This document shows, in pieces, positions 9,970 through 19,001 of a DNA stretch of 64,000 nt. Positions within the stretch are counted from its first letter, which is position 1, and each line of letters begins with the position of its first letter. The translations under genes and the position numbers were made by a program. Below the pieces are notes generated by a model, which searched no databases, had not been told where the DNA came from, and saw nothing but the letters and a program-made list of their open reading frames with translations. Origin of the DNA: Candidatus Latescibacterota bacterium (lineage in GTDB: Bacteria > Latescibacterota > UBA2968); assembly GCA_965198115.1 (NCBI GenBank), contig OZ240241.1, forward strand, positions 6,880,001 through 6,944,000, given 5' to 3'.

Positions 9970-10836
9970 ATGGAACTCTGGTTTCTAGGTACCGGAGCGG
10001 GTGATTTCGAGGCCTGTCAGGATCCTTCCAACGTCGAGGAGAATGTCGTCAAGGCGCGAAAGCTTGGAGGGCGAAATCTGCGAGACGCATCGCAGGCCCT
10101 TCTGACGCCTGACATTCTGATCGATTTCTATTCGGACAGGCAACTCGTACAGCAGGACGTCGAGACGAACGCGGTCGAGCATCTGCTCATTTCGCACTGC
10201 CATGGGGATCACTTCCAACCCTCTCGCATCGTTGCGTTCGCTGAGGGTCTGCCCGAGCGGCTTAACGTCTACGGAAACGAGACGGCCGAAGCCGGGCTGG
10301 AGTTCTTATCCAGCTACGTTTGGGATGAGGAATCCAGTCGATTCAAACACCGTACGGACGACACAAACACTCTGTTTCACGCGATACGACCGGGACAGAC
10401 GCTGACGATGGGTGATGCACGGGTGACAGCGGTTCTGGCAAATCACCACGTCGATTCCAAACGACGGGTGATCGAGGAACGGGCCCTCAACTACGTGATC
10501 GAAAGGGACGGCAAGACGCTCTTCTACGGACTGGATACATCCTACATCTTGCCGGAGACGCTCGAGCTTCTGACTGGATATCGCTTCGATGCAGTTGTTC
10601 TCGATGCGACGTTCGGTCATCTGGAGATCGACCCGGGTGCGTCGGGACATCACAATTTTGTCATGCTTCAGGAGACCATCGCCGATTTCCGATCGCACGG
10701 AATCGTAACAGATGAGACAGTGGTCTTCGGATCACATATCAGCCTCGGGCACGTTCAGCCCCACGATGAGGTCGTGGATGAGGCTGCTGACATGGGAATC
10801 ACGCTCGCCTATGATGGATTGCGTGTGAACGTATAA
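9970..10836 (+). CDS. Metallo-beta-lactamase-fold hydrolase (PhnP-like)
   Basis: FLGTGA, SHCHGDH (HxHxDH), GLDT and AYDG motifs. Confidence 0.85.
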   Translation: MELWFLGTGAGDFEACQDPSNVEENVVKARKLGGRNLRDASQALLTPDILIDFYSDRQLVQQDVETNAVEHLLISHCHGDHFQPSRIVAFAEGLPERLNVYGNETAEAGLEFLSSYVWDEESSRFKHRTDDTNTLFHAIRPGQTLTMGDARVTAVLANHHVDSKRRVIEERALNYVIERDGKTLFYGLDTSYILPETLELLTGYRFDAVVLDATFGHLEIDPGASGHHNFVMLQETIADFRSHGIVTDETVVFGSHISLGHVQPHDEVVDEAADMGITLAYDGLRVNV

Positions 10837-10859
10837 GCCGTGTATCAAGGAGATGAAGT

Positions 10860-12305
10860 ATGGGAGATGTTCATTCGTTCGGAACGCAGAATCAGCTCCT
10901 TTTGGATGACGCGCTGGTGGAGGACAAGCTGGGATTTTTTCTCACGCTGAATCCTGCCGAGAAGGCCGAATTTCCGGCGCTCGTTCCCGAGAAGTCCTGG
11001 GAATCGAAGGGTGTCTCCCCCGGGAGTGTTGTCGAGGGGGAGGACGGGACGCACGTGATGTACTACGGGGCGACAGACGAGGACGGCCGATCGCTCTGCT
11101 ATGCCACATCCACGGACGGCGTTAACTGGGAGCAGCCGAGTCTCGGTATCGTCGAACACGGGGGGAGCAAAGACAACAACCTGTTGCTCAAGGGGATGTC
11201 GGGCAGTGTGTTCCGGGATCCAAACGCCCAGCCAGAGGCGCGATACAAGATGATCGGGGAAGACCGGACGCCCTGGGGTGTGACGAGCGTGAATTGTGGT
11301 GGGGCCCGGTTTCGGTACTTCAAAGATGATCTCGTCACGTGGGCATACTCGGCGGTGGTCGGGGCTTATTCGGCGGACGGGATTCATTGGACGAAATATC
11401 CCGAACCGATCATGCCCTGGTACACCGACACGCTCAACGTCGCCTTCTGGGACGATCGGATACACCGGTACGTTGCTTTCGTTCGCTGGAACGAACACCT
11501 GCTAATCGATGAAACGGGTAACCAGGTGGGCTCCTTCGACTATCGGACGATTGCCCGCGCGGAGTCGGAGGACTATGAGCGCTTCCCCGAGCCAGTGAAG
11601 GTGGAGGAACCGGATTTCACATTGAGTGAAGACGAAGATCAAGCCGGTGGGGGACTCTACAACACAGGCGCAATCAAATATGCCGACGCTGATGACTGCT
11701 ATTTCATCTTTCCTTCTGCCTATCACCACACGAGTGACACGCTGGACATACAACTGGCAACCAGCCGAGACGGAATCCAATTCGATCGATGGCTCGAGCC
11801 CTTTGTCAGGCTCGGTATTTCCGGGCAGTTCGATTCGAAGGGGATGTACATGCTGCCGGGTCTGATTCGGTCGGGTGATGAGATGTATCTGTATTACGGA
11901 GGTACCGATGCGCGTCACGATATCGACGTGGATGTGAAGCGTGTTGCGAAGCAGAAGACAGCGATTGGGCGCCTGCGTCTACGGAGAGACGGTTTCGTGT
12001 CGCAGGATGCCGGAAGCGACGAGGGTTGGCTGACGACGGTGCCGTTCGTGCTGGAAGGCGATCGACTGACGGCCAACGTGGACGCAAGCTCGCGCGGCTG
12101 GTTGAAGGTGGAGATTCTGGACGAAACTGGACACGGACTGTGGGGATACGAGAAGTCGGCGGCCGATCGGCTGATGTTCAATGATCTGGCACAAACGGTC
12201 ACGTGGAACGGAAGCGCGGATCTTTCGGAATTGCGTGGACGGACGGTGCGGCTGCGGTTCGTTGGGCAATGGGTGAAGGTGTACTCGTTCCGGTTTTATG
12301 CGTGA
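10860..12305 (+). CDS. Putative five-bladed beta-propeller glycosidase (GH32/GH43-like)
   Basis: Repeated S.DG..W Asp-box-like motifs, YATSTDGVNW, LRRDGFVS and a C-terminal beta-sandwich. Confidence 0.7.
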   Translation: MGDVHSFGTQNQLLLDDALVEDKLGFFLTLNPAEKAEFPALVPEKSWESKGVSPGSVVEGEDGTHVMYYGATDEDGRSLCYATSTDGVNWEQPSLGIVEHGGSKDNNLLLKGMSGSVFRDPNAQPEARYKMIGEDRTPWGVTSVNCGGARFRYFKDDLVTWAYSAVVGAYSADGIHWTKYPEPIMPWYTDTLNVAFWDDRIHRYVAFVRWNEHLLIDETGNQVGSFDYRTIARAESEDYERFPEPVKVEEPDFTLSEDEDQAGGGLYNTGAIKYADADDCYFIFPSAYHHTSDTLDIQLATSRDGIQFDRWLEPFVRLGISGQFDSKGMYMLPGLIRSGDEMYLYYGGTDARHDIDVDVKRVAKQKTAIGRLRLRRDGFVSQDAGSDEGWLTTVPFVLEGDRLTANVDASSRGWLKVEILDETGHGLWGYEKSAADRLMFNDLAQTVTWNGSADLSELRGRTVRLRFVGQWVKVYSFRFYA

Positions 12306-12312
12306 GGACCGA

Positions 12313-12332
12313 CACTTCGACTGCGCTCAGTG
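12313..12332 (+). repeat. REP-like repeat family A, copy 3
   Basis: CACTTCGACTGCGCTCAGTG just downstream of the stop codon at 12305. Confidence 0.6.
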
Positions 12333-12360
12333 ACGGTGTCTGTGCCCTGATCAATCCTGC

Positions 12361-12465
12361 CTAGAAGCGGGAGCGTTTGCCTTCCATGTCGGAGTGGACG
12401 TCGATGAGGACGGTCTTGCCGTCGGCGTTCAGCCTTTGTGCTTCTTCCAGCGCCGGGCGAGCTAT
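12361..12465 (-). pseudogene. 3' remnant of a probable thiamine-diphosphate-binding (acetolactate synthase-like) gene
   Basis: Translates as RPALEEAQRLNADGKTVLIDVHSDMEGKRSRF*, resembling ThDP-enzyme C-termini; cut off next to ISL3 copy 2. Confidence 0.5.
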
Positions 12466-12474
12466 AATCAAAAG

Positions 12475-13894
12475 GGCTATATCCGGATCTCTCAACGAGA
12501 TGAAGTGGGTGAAGGTGCCGTGGTTCCTGGCATGGGGGCGCGGTTAGAGTGTGCGGAATCTCTTCGGAATCTGCTCAGGGATGTTTATGTCTCCGACGGT
12601 AAGGAAGATCATATCGTTGAATGCGTCGAGTGTGCGGAATCCGCTGGCTCGGTTCTTGACGATTTGGACGATTCGGTTGAGGCCTTCGGCGATGGCGTTG
12701 GTAAGACGCGTGTTCACGAATGCGAGGACGCCGAAGAAGTGCTGTCGCAGGGTCCTGACGAACTTTCGCAGGGGTTCACGTCGACTTCTGAGTGCGGACG
12801 TCGTCCAGCATTTCAGGAAGCGTTCGGCAGCCCAGGGCGCTTTGTATTCCCAGAACTGCTCGAACTCGTCCTTGAGTCTCCAGGCTCTATAGATTCGGTA
12901 GTTCGCCTTCTCCAGTGCTTTGAGTGTCCGAGTATCCCCTCTGGAGCGTGTCGCTGAGTGCCGGTAGAGGAGCCATCGGAGGCCCTTCATGGCTTTGCGC
13001 TCATCCGGGGCAGCTTCACGCCACTGGTCCTTACGGACCTCGTCAACGGCGGCATTGAGAGCCTTGACGATGTGAAAGCGATCGAGGACCAGCTTGGCAT
13101 TCGGACAGTGTTCCTGGATGGCTCCGATGTAAGCTTCGCTCATGTCGCAGCAGGCCCACTCGATCTTGGATCTCTGGTAGGGACTGAGAGCCTCTGTGAA
13201 GAACCGATCGATCGTTTTACGCGCCCTGCCGCGGCCAACCCACACCACGCAGGAGCGGTCCAGATCGTAAACGAGCGTGGCGTACCTGTGACGCTTGGCG
13301 TAGGAGATCTCGTCGATCCCGATGGTTTTGAGCCCTCGGATACGATGACCTTCACGAAGCCGCGTGATGGATCGGTGAAGGAGATCCGACAGCGTCGAGG
13401 CAGAGATGCGCAGTAACTCGGACGCCGCCTTCTGCGTCATGGTCTGGCAATAGCGCAGCATGGCATACTCGAAGCGATACGTCACCTGAGAGAACCGCTC
13501 CGCCCACGGAATCTCCTCGACCACACGACCGTGGGTAGGACACCGAATCTCCCGAGGATGGTAGAGAAGCCAGACCCTCCACCCGCACACCGGAATGTCA
13601 CGCCACCGACGCGGATGGGGCATTGTGCGGACGATTTTACCTCGACGGCCGCACTCCGGACAACAACAACCATTCTTATGTGGCTTTACGGCGATGACGA
13701 AACAGCTTCTCCCCTCAAACCACCAGCTGACAACACGGAACCCCTTGAATCTCAGCAGTTTCGATAGTAATCTGCTCCCGGTCATAGGTCGCACCCCCTT
13801 CGCTTTGATTGTCCTACACACACAACCAAGCGTAGGGAACGATCTATGACCTTGTCATTCTATAGTTTCACCGTTGAGAAACCCGGATAGAGCC
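12475..13894 (-). mobile_element. ISL3-family insertion sequence, copy 2 (1420 bp, inverted, no target duplication)
   Basis: Same terminal IRs as copy 1; the flanks ATCAAAAG and TCTTTTAT are not direct repeats. Confidence 0.95.
12544..13821 (-). CDS. ISL3-family transposase
   Basis: Intact 425-aa ORF differing from copy 1 by a few residues. Confidence 0.95.
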   Translation of the reverse strand: MCRTIKAKGVRPMTGSRLLSKLLRFKGFRVVSWWFEGRSCFVIAVKPHKNGCCCPECGRRGKIVRTMPHPRRWRDIPVCGWRVWLLYHPREIRCPTHGRVVEEIPWAERFSQVTYRFEYAMLRYCQTMTQKAASELLRISASTLSDLLHRSITRLREGHRIRGLKTIGIDEISYAKRHRYATLVYDLDRSCVVWVGRGRARKTIDRFFTEALSPYQRSKIEWACCDMSEAYIGAIQEHCPNAKLVLDRFHIVKALNAAVDEVRKDQWREAAPDERKAMKGLRWLLYRHSATRSRGDTRTLKALEKANYRIYRAWRLKDEFEQFWEYKAPWAAERFLKCWTTSALRSRREPLRKFVRTLRQHFFGVLAFVNTRLTNAIAEGLNRIVQIVKNRASGFRTLDAFNDMIFLTVGDINIPEQIPKRFRTL

Positions 13895-13945
13895 TCTTTT
13901 ATGTATGAGGAAGGCCCTGCTGTAGAGTCGTAATGGTGAACATAC

Positions 13946-14330
13946 TCAAGTTCTATTTCCCCGTTTTCGAACCAGTCTGTATTTGCTCCCCTTCGCTCTG
14001 AGCGTTTGTATTTCTCGGTCACGTTCCTTTGTTTCGGCCCTTGCTACATCTCGCTGCTTTTCAATGCTGTCGATGTTCCGTAGCTGTTGTTCGTGAATAA
14101 TGAACGGAGCACGAACGAGGGTTGACCAAGTACACACCCAAGAGAACAAAGATAGGCGAAAAGGCAATCCAAGTTTCCACGTCTGCGGCCTCTATACCTT
14201 GCCTGTAATAGACGACGAACACGGCCGGGATTCCAGCAACGAAATAACTCCAAAGCTGGCCCGCCCATCTTGAACGCTCGGCAGCAATGCGGCGAATGTC
14301 ACGTAGGTGTGAACGGTAAACCCGGGGCAT
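13946..14330 (-). CDS. Hypothetical membrane protein (two TM segments plus coiled coil; frameshift near 14120)
   Basis: ORFs 14061-14330 and 13946-14167 join as ...LLGVYLVN-LVRAPFIIHEQQ... if one base of the GGG run is removed; visibly more AT-rich than neighbours. Confidence 0.45.
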
Positions 14331-14390
14331 ATCCCCAATCTACCATGGGGCTTACCCTTCGTCAAGGGTATAATCCCGAAATGTTCTATG

Positions 14391-15221
14391 TCAATGGGTC
14401 ATCGCATACACGACGATGTTGATGCCCATCGGGTAGGCTTTCTTGGCCGAGAAGTCGCGAAAGTAGCCGTAGTTCACACCCTCACGTTCCCAGCCGTCGC
14501 CGAGGTCGGAGTTGTGCATTGCGACGACCATCAGACGGCCGTTTCGGTCGAAAATGCCGCGACAACGCGCCGCGTGGCCATACCGCTCATACCGATACCA
14601 TCCACCTTCGAACGTCTCTCCACTCACTTCGTAGTCCCAGTACTGGTTAACGCCGGGGACCTGAGGCACCTCGTCGAGGTCGAAGACGATGTGGAACAGG
14701 TCGTGGTCGAGAGGGACGTCGATGAAGGGATATTCCTCCCGGGGCAGGACCTGCGCCATCTCGAATTCGAGGTTGTCCCACGCGTTGTCCCCCCAGAAGT
14801 CGTCGACGAGAAGGAACCCGCCCCTGAGAAGGTAGTCGCGCAGCCCTTCCTGCTCCGGAGGGGTGAGGGACATTCCACGGATTTCGAGCATGTAAATGAA
14901 GGGGTATTTGAAAAGGTCGGGTTCATCGAGACGGACAACGATGTGACGAAAGTCGCCTCCATCGGTTCGGGCAACGTTGAGTGTGGTGAGCTGTGAGAGT
15001 CGCAGGGAGAAGTTCTCATCCGACTCGGGGTAGTCCGTCGACCAACTTCCGCCCCGCCCACCGTGGCTGTATTCGACGCGACAAAACGTGAAGGTGTTAC
15101 TCGGAAAGATCTTTCGCTCCATCGGTTCGACCCATCGCCTCCATCGTTGGGCGGGTGAGTCAGACGCGCCGAGACAGACGACGACCAGGAGCGAAGCGAT
15201 TCGGAACGCGCCCACGTTCAC
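14391..15221 (-). CDS. DUF4159 domain protein
   Basis: WSTDYP, YPFIYM, YLLRGGFLLVDDFWG, DLGDGWE and MGINIVVYAMTH motifs; signal peptide. Confidence 0.85.
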   Translation of the reverse strand: MNVGAFRIASLLVVVCLGASDSPAQRWRRWVEPMERKIFPSNTFTFCRVEYSHGGRGGSWSTDYPESDENFSLRLSQLTTLNVARTDGGDFRHIVVRLDEPDLFKYPFIYMLEIRGMSLTPPEQEGLRDYLLRGGFLLVDDFWGDNAWDNLEFEMAQVLPREEYPFIDVPLDHDLFHIVFDLDEVPQVPGVNQYWDYEVSGETFEGGWYRYERYGHAARCRGIFDRNGRLMVVAMHNSDLGDGWEREGVNYGYFRDFSAKKAYPMGINIVVYAMTH

Positions 15222-17674
15222 GGTGTTGTCCCTTCAACGAGGTCGAGCAGGAGCGCCTGCGCCTCCCAGTAGTGCGGGGTCCTTTCGAGCAGCGCGACGA
15301 CTTCGCGCCGTGCTCCTTCGCGATCGTCGGCCGCTCGCAACGCTCGGGCGAGGCTCAGACGATGTTCGGTTTGACGTGCGCCGTCGACGGCGATCAGGCG
15401 GCGGTAATCCGCGGCGGCGGTCTCGAAACGCCCCGCTTCTTGCGCGTAACGAGCTCGATCGCCGAGCACGCTCGCGTGGAAAGGAGCGATGGCGAACGCT
15501 CGTGCGATCGATTCGGATGCGGCTGACCAGTTCTTCCTGTCGGCGTGAAGACGGGCGAGACGTCTGGCCTCTTCCCACGCCGTGGGCTGTGTTTCGACGA
15601 TTTCTGATAGGATTCCTTCGAGCGTGTCGGGGTCGGACCCGATTTTCTCGTGGTGGCGGAGGAGCCGACGCAGCGGTACGTTCTCGCCCAGGGCGTCCGG
15701 AAACAGGGCCGCGGCTCTACGGTAGGCGCGTGTGGCGGCCTCCGTATCGCCCTCTTGCGCCGCCCGGTCGCCATCGCTGATAGCCTGAGTATAGGGTCCG
15801 TGGGGGAAGCGGTCGGAAAGGTTGGCGAGAGGGGCGCATCGCACTTCCATATGCTGGGCGAATCCGGTGTCGATCCGATACTCGGTGACGCCGGCCGCTG
15901 TGACGAGGGCTTCCTGTGCGAAGATGCCGTCGGCGATCGCGTCGAGTGTCTTGCGAAGCGCATCGAAGCCGTAGGCGCCCACGTAATGGGTAATGAATTC
16001 GCCAGCGGCAAAGTAACCGAACATCAATTCGTCCATCGAAGCGGGGCGCGTAAAGTAGCGCTCGAGATCGGAGAGGTCGGGATAGCCGTCGGCCACGAGG
16101 GGTGTGAAAGCTGAGTCCAATCTCTGGCCCCAGGTTGGATTGCGCTCGGTTTCCTCGTAGACGGAGATGCCTTCGGACAGCCACCGCGGCATCCGGTTCC
16201 GTGTCTTTTGAAGGGTGATGACGTGAACGAACTCGTGCCAGAGCACCTGTCTCCAATTGGTCGCGCCCGTAGGGCGCGCGCGAGGTGAGTCCATCGTGAT
16301 TAGTCGCCCGAAGCAGATGCCCAGATGGCCGGCGCTTCCCGGGAGGCCGGTGGAGCGAACCATGAAGGCATCGTGATCGCGAAACATCTGAACCCTCACG
16401 GGACGCTCGAGACGGATGTCGTATTTTGTCTCGTAAACGGCTGCAGCTTCCTGGAGCAGAGCGCGCATCGGACCCGACAGTACGTCGGTCTCGAGCGGTG
16501 GCAGCTGGAGGTGCAAGAGGCTGTCGGCGACAGTCGTGAAACCGGTCATGTCGTCCGCCACCTCGAGCAGGTTGAAGGCGTGGACGTTGTAAGGGTCGAT
16601 CTCGAACGCTTTCTCGAGATGGGCGTGGGCATCGTCGTCGAATCCGAGGCGCAATAGATTGAGCGCGAGTTGGAACCGGACGTTGGCGTCATTGCCGTCG
16701 ATTTCGATGGCCGCCCTGAGCATCTGTTCGGCTTCGCTGAACCGGTAATGGCGGGCGGCGATCTCCGCGACGGTTCGGTCGAAGGTCGTGTAGTGAGGGT
16801 TGAAATCGAGTGCGCGACGCCGAATGGTGAGATGGCCTTCGGTGTCGAAGCTGAGGAATCGGGCCGCCGCTTTGAGGGCTAGGGCCTCGAGGTGAACGGC
16901 GTTGATGGCCAGGACGCGATCGGTTTCGGCTTCGGCACGGGCCCATTCCCCCAGGTCGAGATGGCGTCTGGCAACGAGGGTGTGCGTTCGGGGATGGTGC
17001 GGGTTGAGGGCCAAGAGTTTTCTGGCGATCTCGTCGGCTCGGGGGTCTCCGGATTCGTGGTAGGACGCAAGCAGACCGGACAGGGCGTCCTGGTCTTCCG
17101 GATCGACGTCGAGCGCCTGATCGTAGGCTCGGGCAGCAAGGTCGTAGGTTCTGGTGTCGAACGCGAGGTCGCCGATGGCGATGTGGACGCCGAGTGTTTC
17201 GTGTTGACTCTGCAGCCGCCGATAGTGCGCGAGGACGGCCTTGGCGTCCGTTTCCTGGAGCTGATAGAGACGCCCGATGGCCAACCATTCTTTTTCGGAG
17301 ATCGAGGCGTATTCAGCGAGGATCCTCGCCTGAGCAGCGGCGCGGGAGAGCGAGTTTTCCGCGTCTTCTCTCAGGCCGCGGTATCGCTGGTATTCGGCCA
17401 GGGGCACGAAGTCGGACGGCAACGGATGCCGCCGGGCAACGTCGCGCTGAGTTGCGATGGCCTCGTCGACGCGCCCGTTCAGGAAGAGAAGGCTGCCCGC
17501 GTCGCGACGAAGAGAGAGGGTCACGTAGGGCGCTTCGTCGATCTCGCGCTGGACCTCCCGGAGAGCCTGGACGTAATCGCCCTGGCTCCACAGCTGGAGA
17601 TATGCGTCGTCACCGCGCACGGGCGTGCACACAGCTATTAGGGTGGTCAGGAGGGAGAGGCAGATCGACATCAT
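15218..17674 (-). CDS. Secreted TPR protein with gluzincin (peptidase MA-like) domain
   Basis: Signal peptide, TPR repeats, WHEFVH (HExxH) and PRWLSEG third-ligand motif; overlaps the DUF4159 gene. Confidence 0.82.
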   Translation of the reverse strand: MMSICLSLLTTLIAVCTPVRGDDAYLQLWSQGDYVQALREVQREIDEAPYVTLSLRRDAGSLLFLNGRVDEAIATQRDVARRHPLPSDFVPLAEYQRYRGLREDAENSLSRAAAQARILAEYASISEKEWLAIGRLYQLQETDAKAVLAHYRRLQSQHETLGVHIAIGDLAFDTRTYDLAARAYDQALDVDPEDQDALSGLLASYHESGDPRADEIARKLLALNPHHPRTHTLVARRHLDLGEWARAEAETDRVLAINAVHLEALALKAAARFLSFDTEGHLTIRRRALDFNPHYTTFDRTVAEIAARHYRFSEAEQMLRAAIEIDGNDANVRFQLALNLLRLGFDDDAHAHLEKAFEIDPYNVHAFNLLEVADDMTGFTTVADSLLHLQLPPLETDVLSGPMRALLQEAAAVYETKYDIRLERPVRVQMFRDHDAFMVRSTGLPGSAGHLGICFGRLITMDSPRARPTGATNWRQVLWHEFVHVITLQKTRNRMPRWLSEGISVYEETERNPTWGQRLDSAFTPLVADGYPDLSDLERYFTRPASMDELMFGYFAAGEFITHYVGAYGFDALRKTLDAIADGIFAQEALVTAAGVTEYRIDTGFAQHMEVRCAPLANLSDRFPHGPYTQAISDGDRAAQEGDTEAATRAYRRAAALFPDALGENVPLRRLLRHHEKIGSDPDTLEGILSEIVETQPTAWEEARRLARLHADRKNWSAASESIARAFAIAPFHASVLGDRARYAQEAGRFETAAADYRRLIAVDGARQTEHRLSLARALRAADDREGARREVVALLERTPHYWEAQALLLDLVEGTTP

Positions 17675-17729
17675 TCGATGATCCTGGCGTGATGGGCGTG
17701 ATGAGATGGAGCTGAGGGAAAGATATGGA

Positions 17730-17830
17730 AAACGAATGCCGAGTTCCGAGTACTGAGTTTCGAGTTCCGAGGGGTCTGACGTTCTACGGTTTAAAGGATC
17801 ATCACTCGGAATTCGCTATTCGGAACTCGT
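17730..17830. repeat. Bipartite inverted heptamer-repeat element, locus 1
   Basis: GAATGCC GAGTTCC GAGTACT GAGTTTC GAGTTCC GAG ... CACTCGG AATTCGC TATTCGG AACTCGT; homologous to 40196-40317. Confidence 0.75.
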
Positions 17831-17835
17831 CTCTA

Positions 17836-19001
17836 GTGTCACGTCCCGCGTATAAGCTTCAAAAGTTTATGGACTTTCTCGAGGATTGAATCTGCCGTGG
17901 CGGTCCAGACGAAGGGTGTAGAATTCTCGTTGTAGTGATCAGTGAATTTCTTGATGCAGGCGATCAGGTCCTTGACGCTTCTGAAGGTGCCTCGTCGAAT
18001 GGCTCTTTGGGTGATGATACCGAACCAGATCTCTACCTGGTTCAGCCAGGAGGCATATGTTGGTGTGTAGTGCACGTGATATCGTTTCCGTGAGGCGAGC
18101 CAACGCTTGACGTTCGGGTGCTTGTGCGTGCCGTAATTATCGACGACCAGATGGATGTCGAGATCCTTTGGGACGTTCTTGTCGATGTGCTTGAGGAACT
18201 GAAGGAACTCTTTGTTGCGGTGTCTGGGCTTGCACTGAGTCAGAACTTTGCCGGATGCGATGTTGAGCGCTGCAAAGAGGGTGGTCGTGCCGTTCCGGAT
18301 ATAGCTGTGAGTGACGCCCTCGACGTATCCGAGACCCAAAGGAAGAATCGGTTGTGTCCGTTCGAGTGCTTGAATCTGGCTCTTCTCGTCTACACAGAGC
18401 ACCATCGCGTTGTCCGGTGGGTTCAGGTATAGACCGACGATATCCCTGACTTTCTCGACGAAGAAGGGATCGTTCGACAGTTTGAAGTGCTTCTGTCGAT
18501 GCGGTTGCAGTCCAAAAGCTTTCCATACACGTTGAACCGAGGACTTGGAGAGCCCCGTCTCGTCGGCCATCGAACGACAGGTCCAGTGGGTGGCACCCTT
18601 CGGTTGCTTCTTGAGCGTCTTGTAGATGAGGGAGGAGATCTCTTCGTCGCTGACCGACCGTGGCCCTCCAGGACGCAATTCGTCATACAGTCCCATCAAG
18701 CCTTGCTCGCAGAAGCGACGACGCCACTTGCCGACAGACGCTCCGGACAACCCGACTCGTTCCGCGATCTCCTGATTGGTCAGACCGCAATCGCTCATCA
18801 AGACGATCTTCGCGCGACGCACCAAAGCGTGAGACATGCTACGCGAACGAGACAATGACTCGAGTTGATCGTGGACCTCATCACTGATGTTCAGTGGCTG
18901 TAACGGACGACCTCTAGCCATCGGTTCCTCCCAAGAATGAGTGCTTGAGGAACCATACGACAGAATCGAATATTTTTCTAGTTATTCCTGGGACGTGACA
19001 C
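17836..19001 (-). mobile_element. IS630-family insertion sequence
   Basis: Terminal IR GTGTCACGTCCC / GGGACGTGACAC with TA duplication (17834-35 and 19002-03) in a CTAG context. Confidence 0.92.
17839..18921 (-). CDS. IS630-family transposase
   Basis: N-terminal HTH, CVDEK, VVDNYGTHK and SWLNQVEIWF (DDE) motifs. Confidence 0.95.
   Translation of the reverse strand: MARGRPLQPLNISDEVHDQLESLSRSRSMSHALVRRAKIVLMSDCGLTNQEIAERVGLSGASVGKWRRRFCEQGLMGLYDELRPGGPRSVSDEEISSLIYKTLKKQPKGATHWTCRSMADETGLSKSSVQRVWKAFGLQPHRQKHFKLSNDPFFVEKVRDIVGLYLNPPDNAMVLCVDEKSQIQALERTQPILPLGLGYVEGVTHSYIRNGTTTLFAALNIASGKVLTQCKPRHRNKEFLQFLKHIDKNVPKDLDIHLVVDNYGTHKHPNVKRWLASRKRYHVHYTPTYASWLNQVEIWFGIITQRAIRRGTFRSVKDLIACIKKFTDHYNENSTPFVWTATADSILEKVHKLLKLIRGT

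Noticed and set aside
35-13894. Composite transposon formed by inverted ISL3 copies 1 and 2 around the catabolic cluster
   Set aside because: Copy 1 has its own target duplication inside the GH4 gene end, and the outer flanks (AAAAAATT vs TCTTTTAT) do not match, so the copies did not move as a unit.
17730-17830. Heptamer arrays or REP-like repeats as a CRISPR array
   Set aside because: There are no 23-47 bp repeats separated by unique spacers of regular length, and no cas genes.
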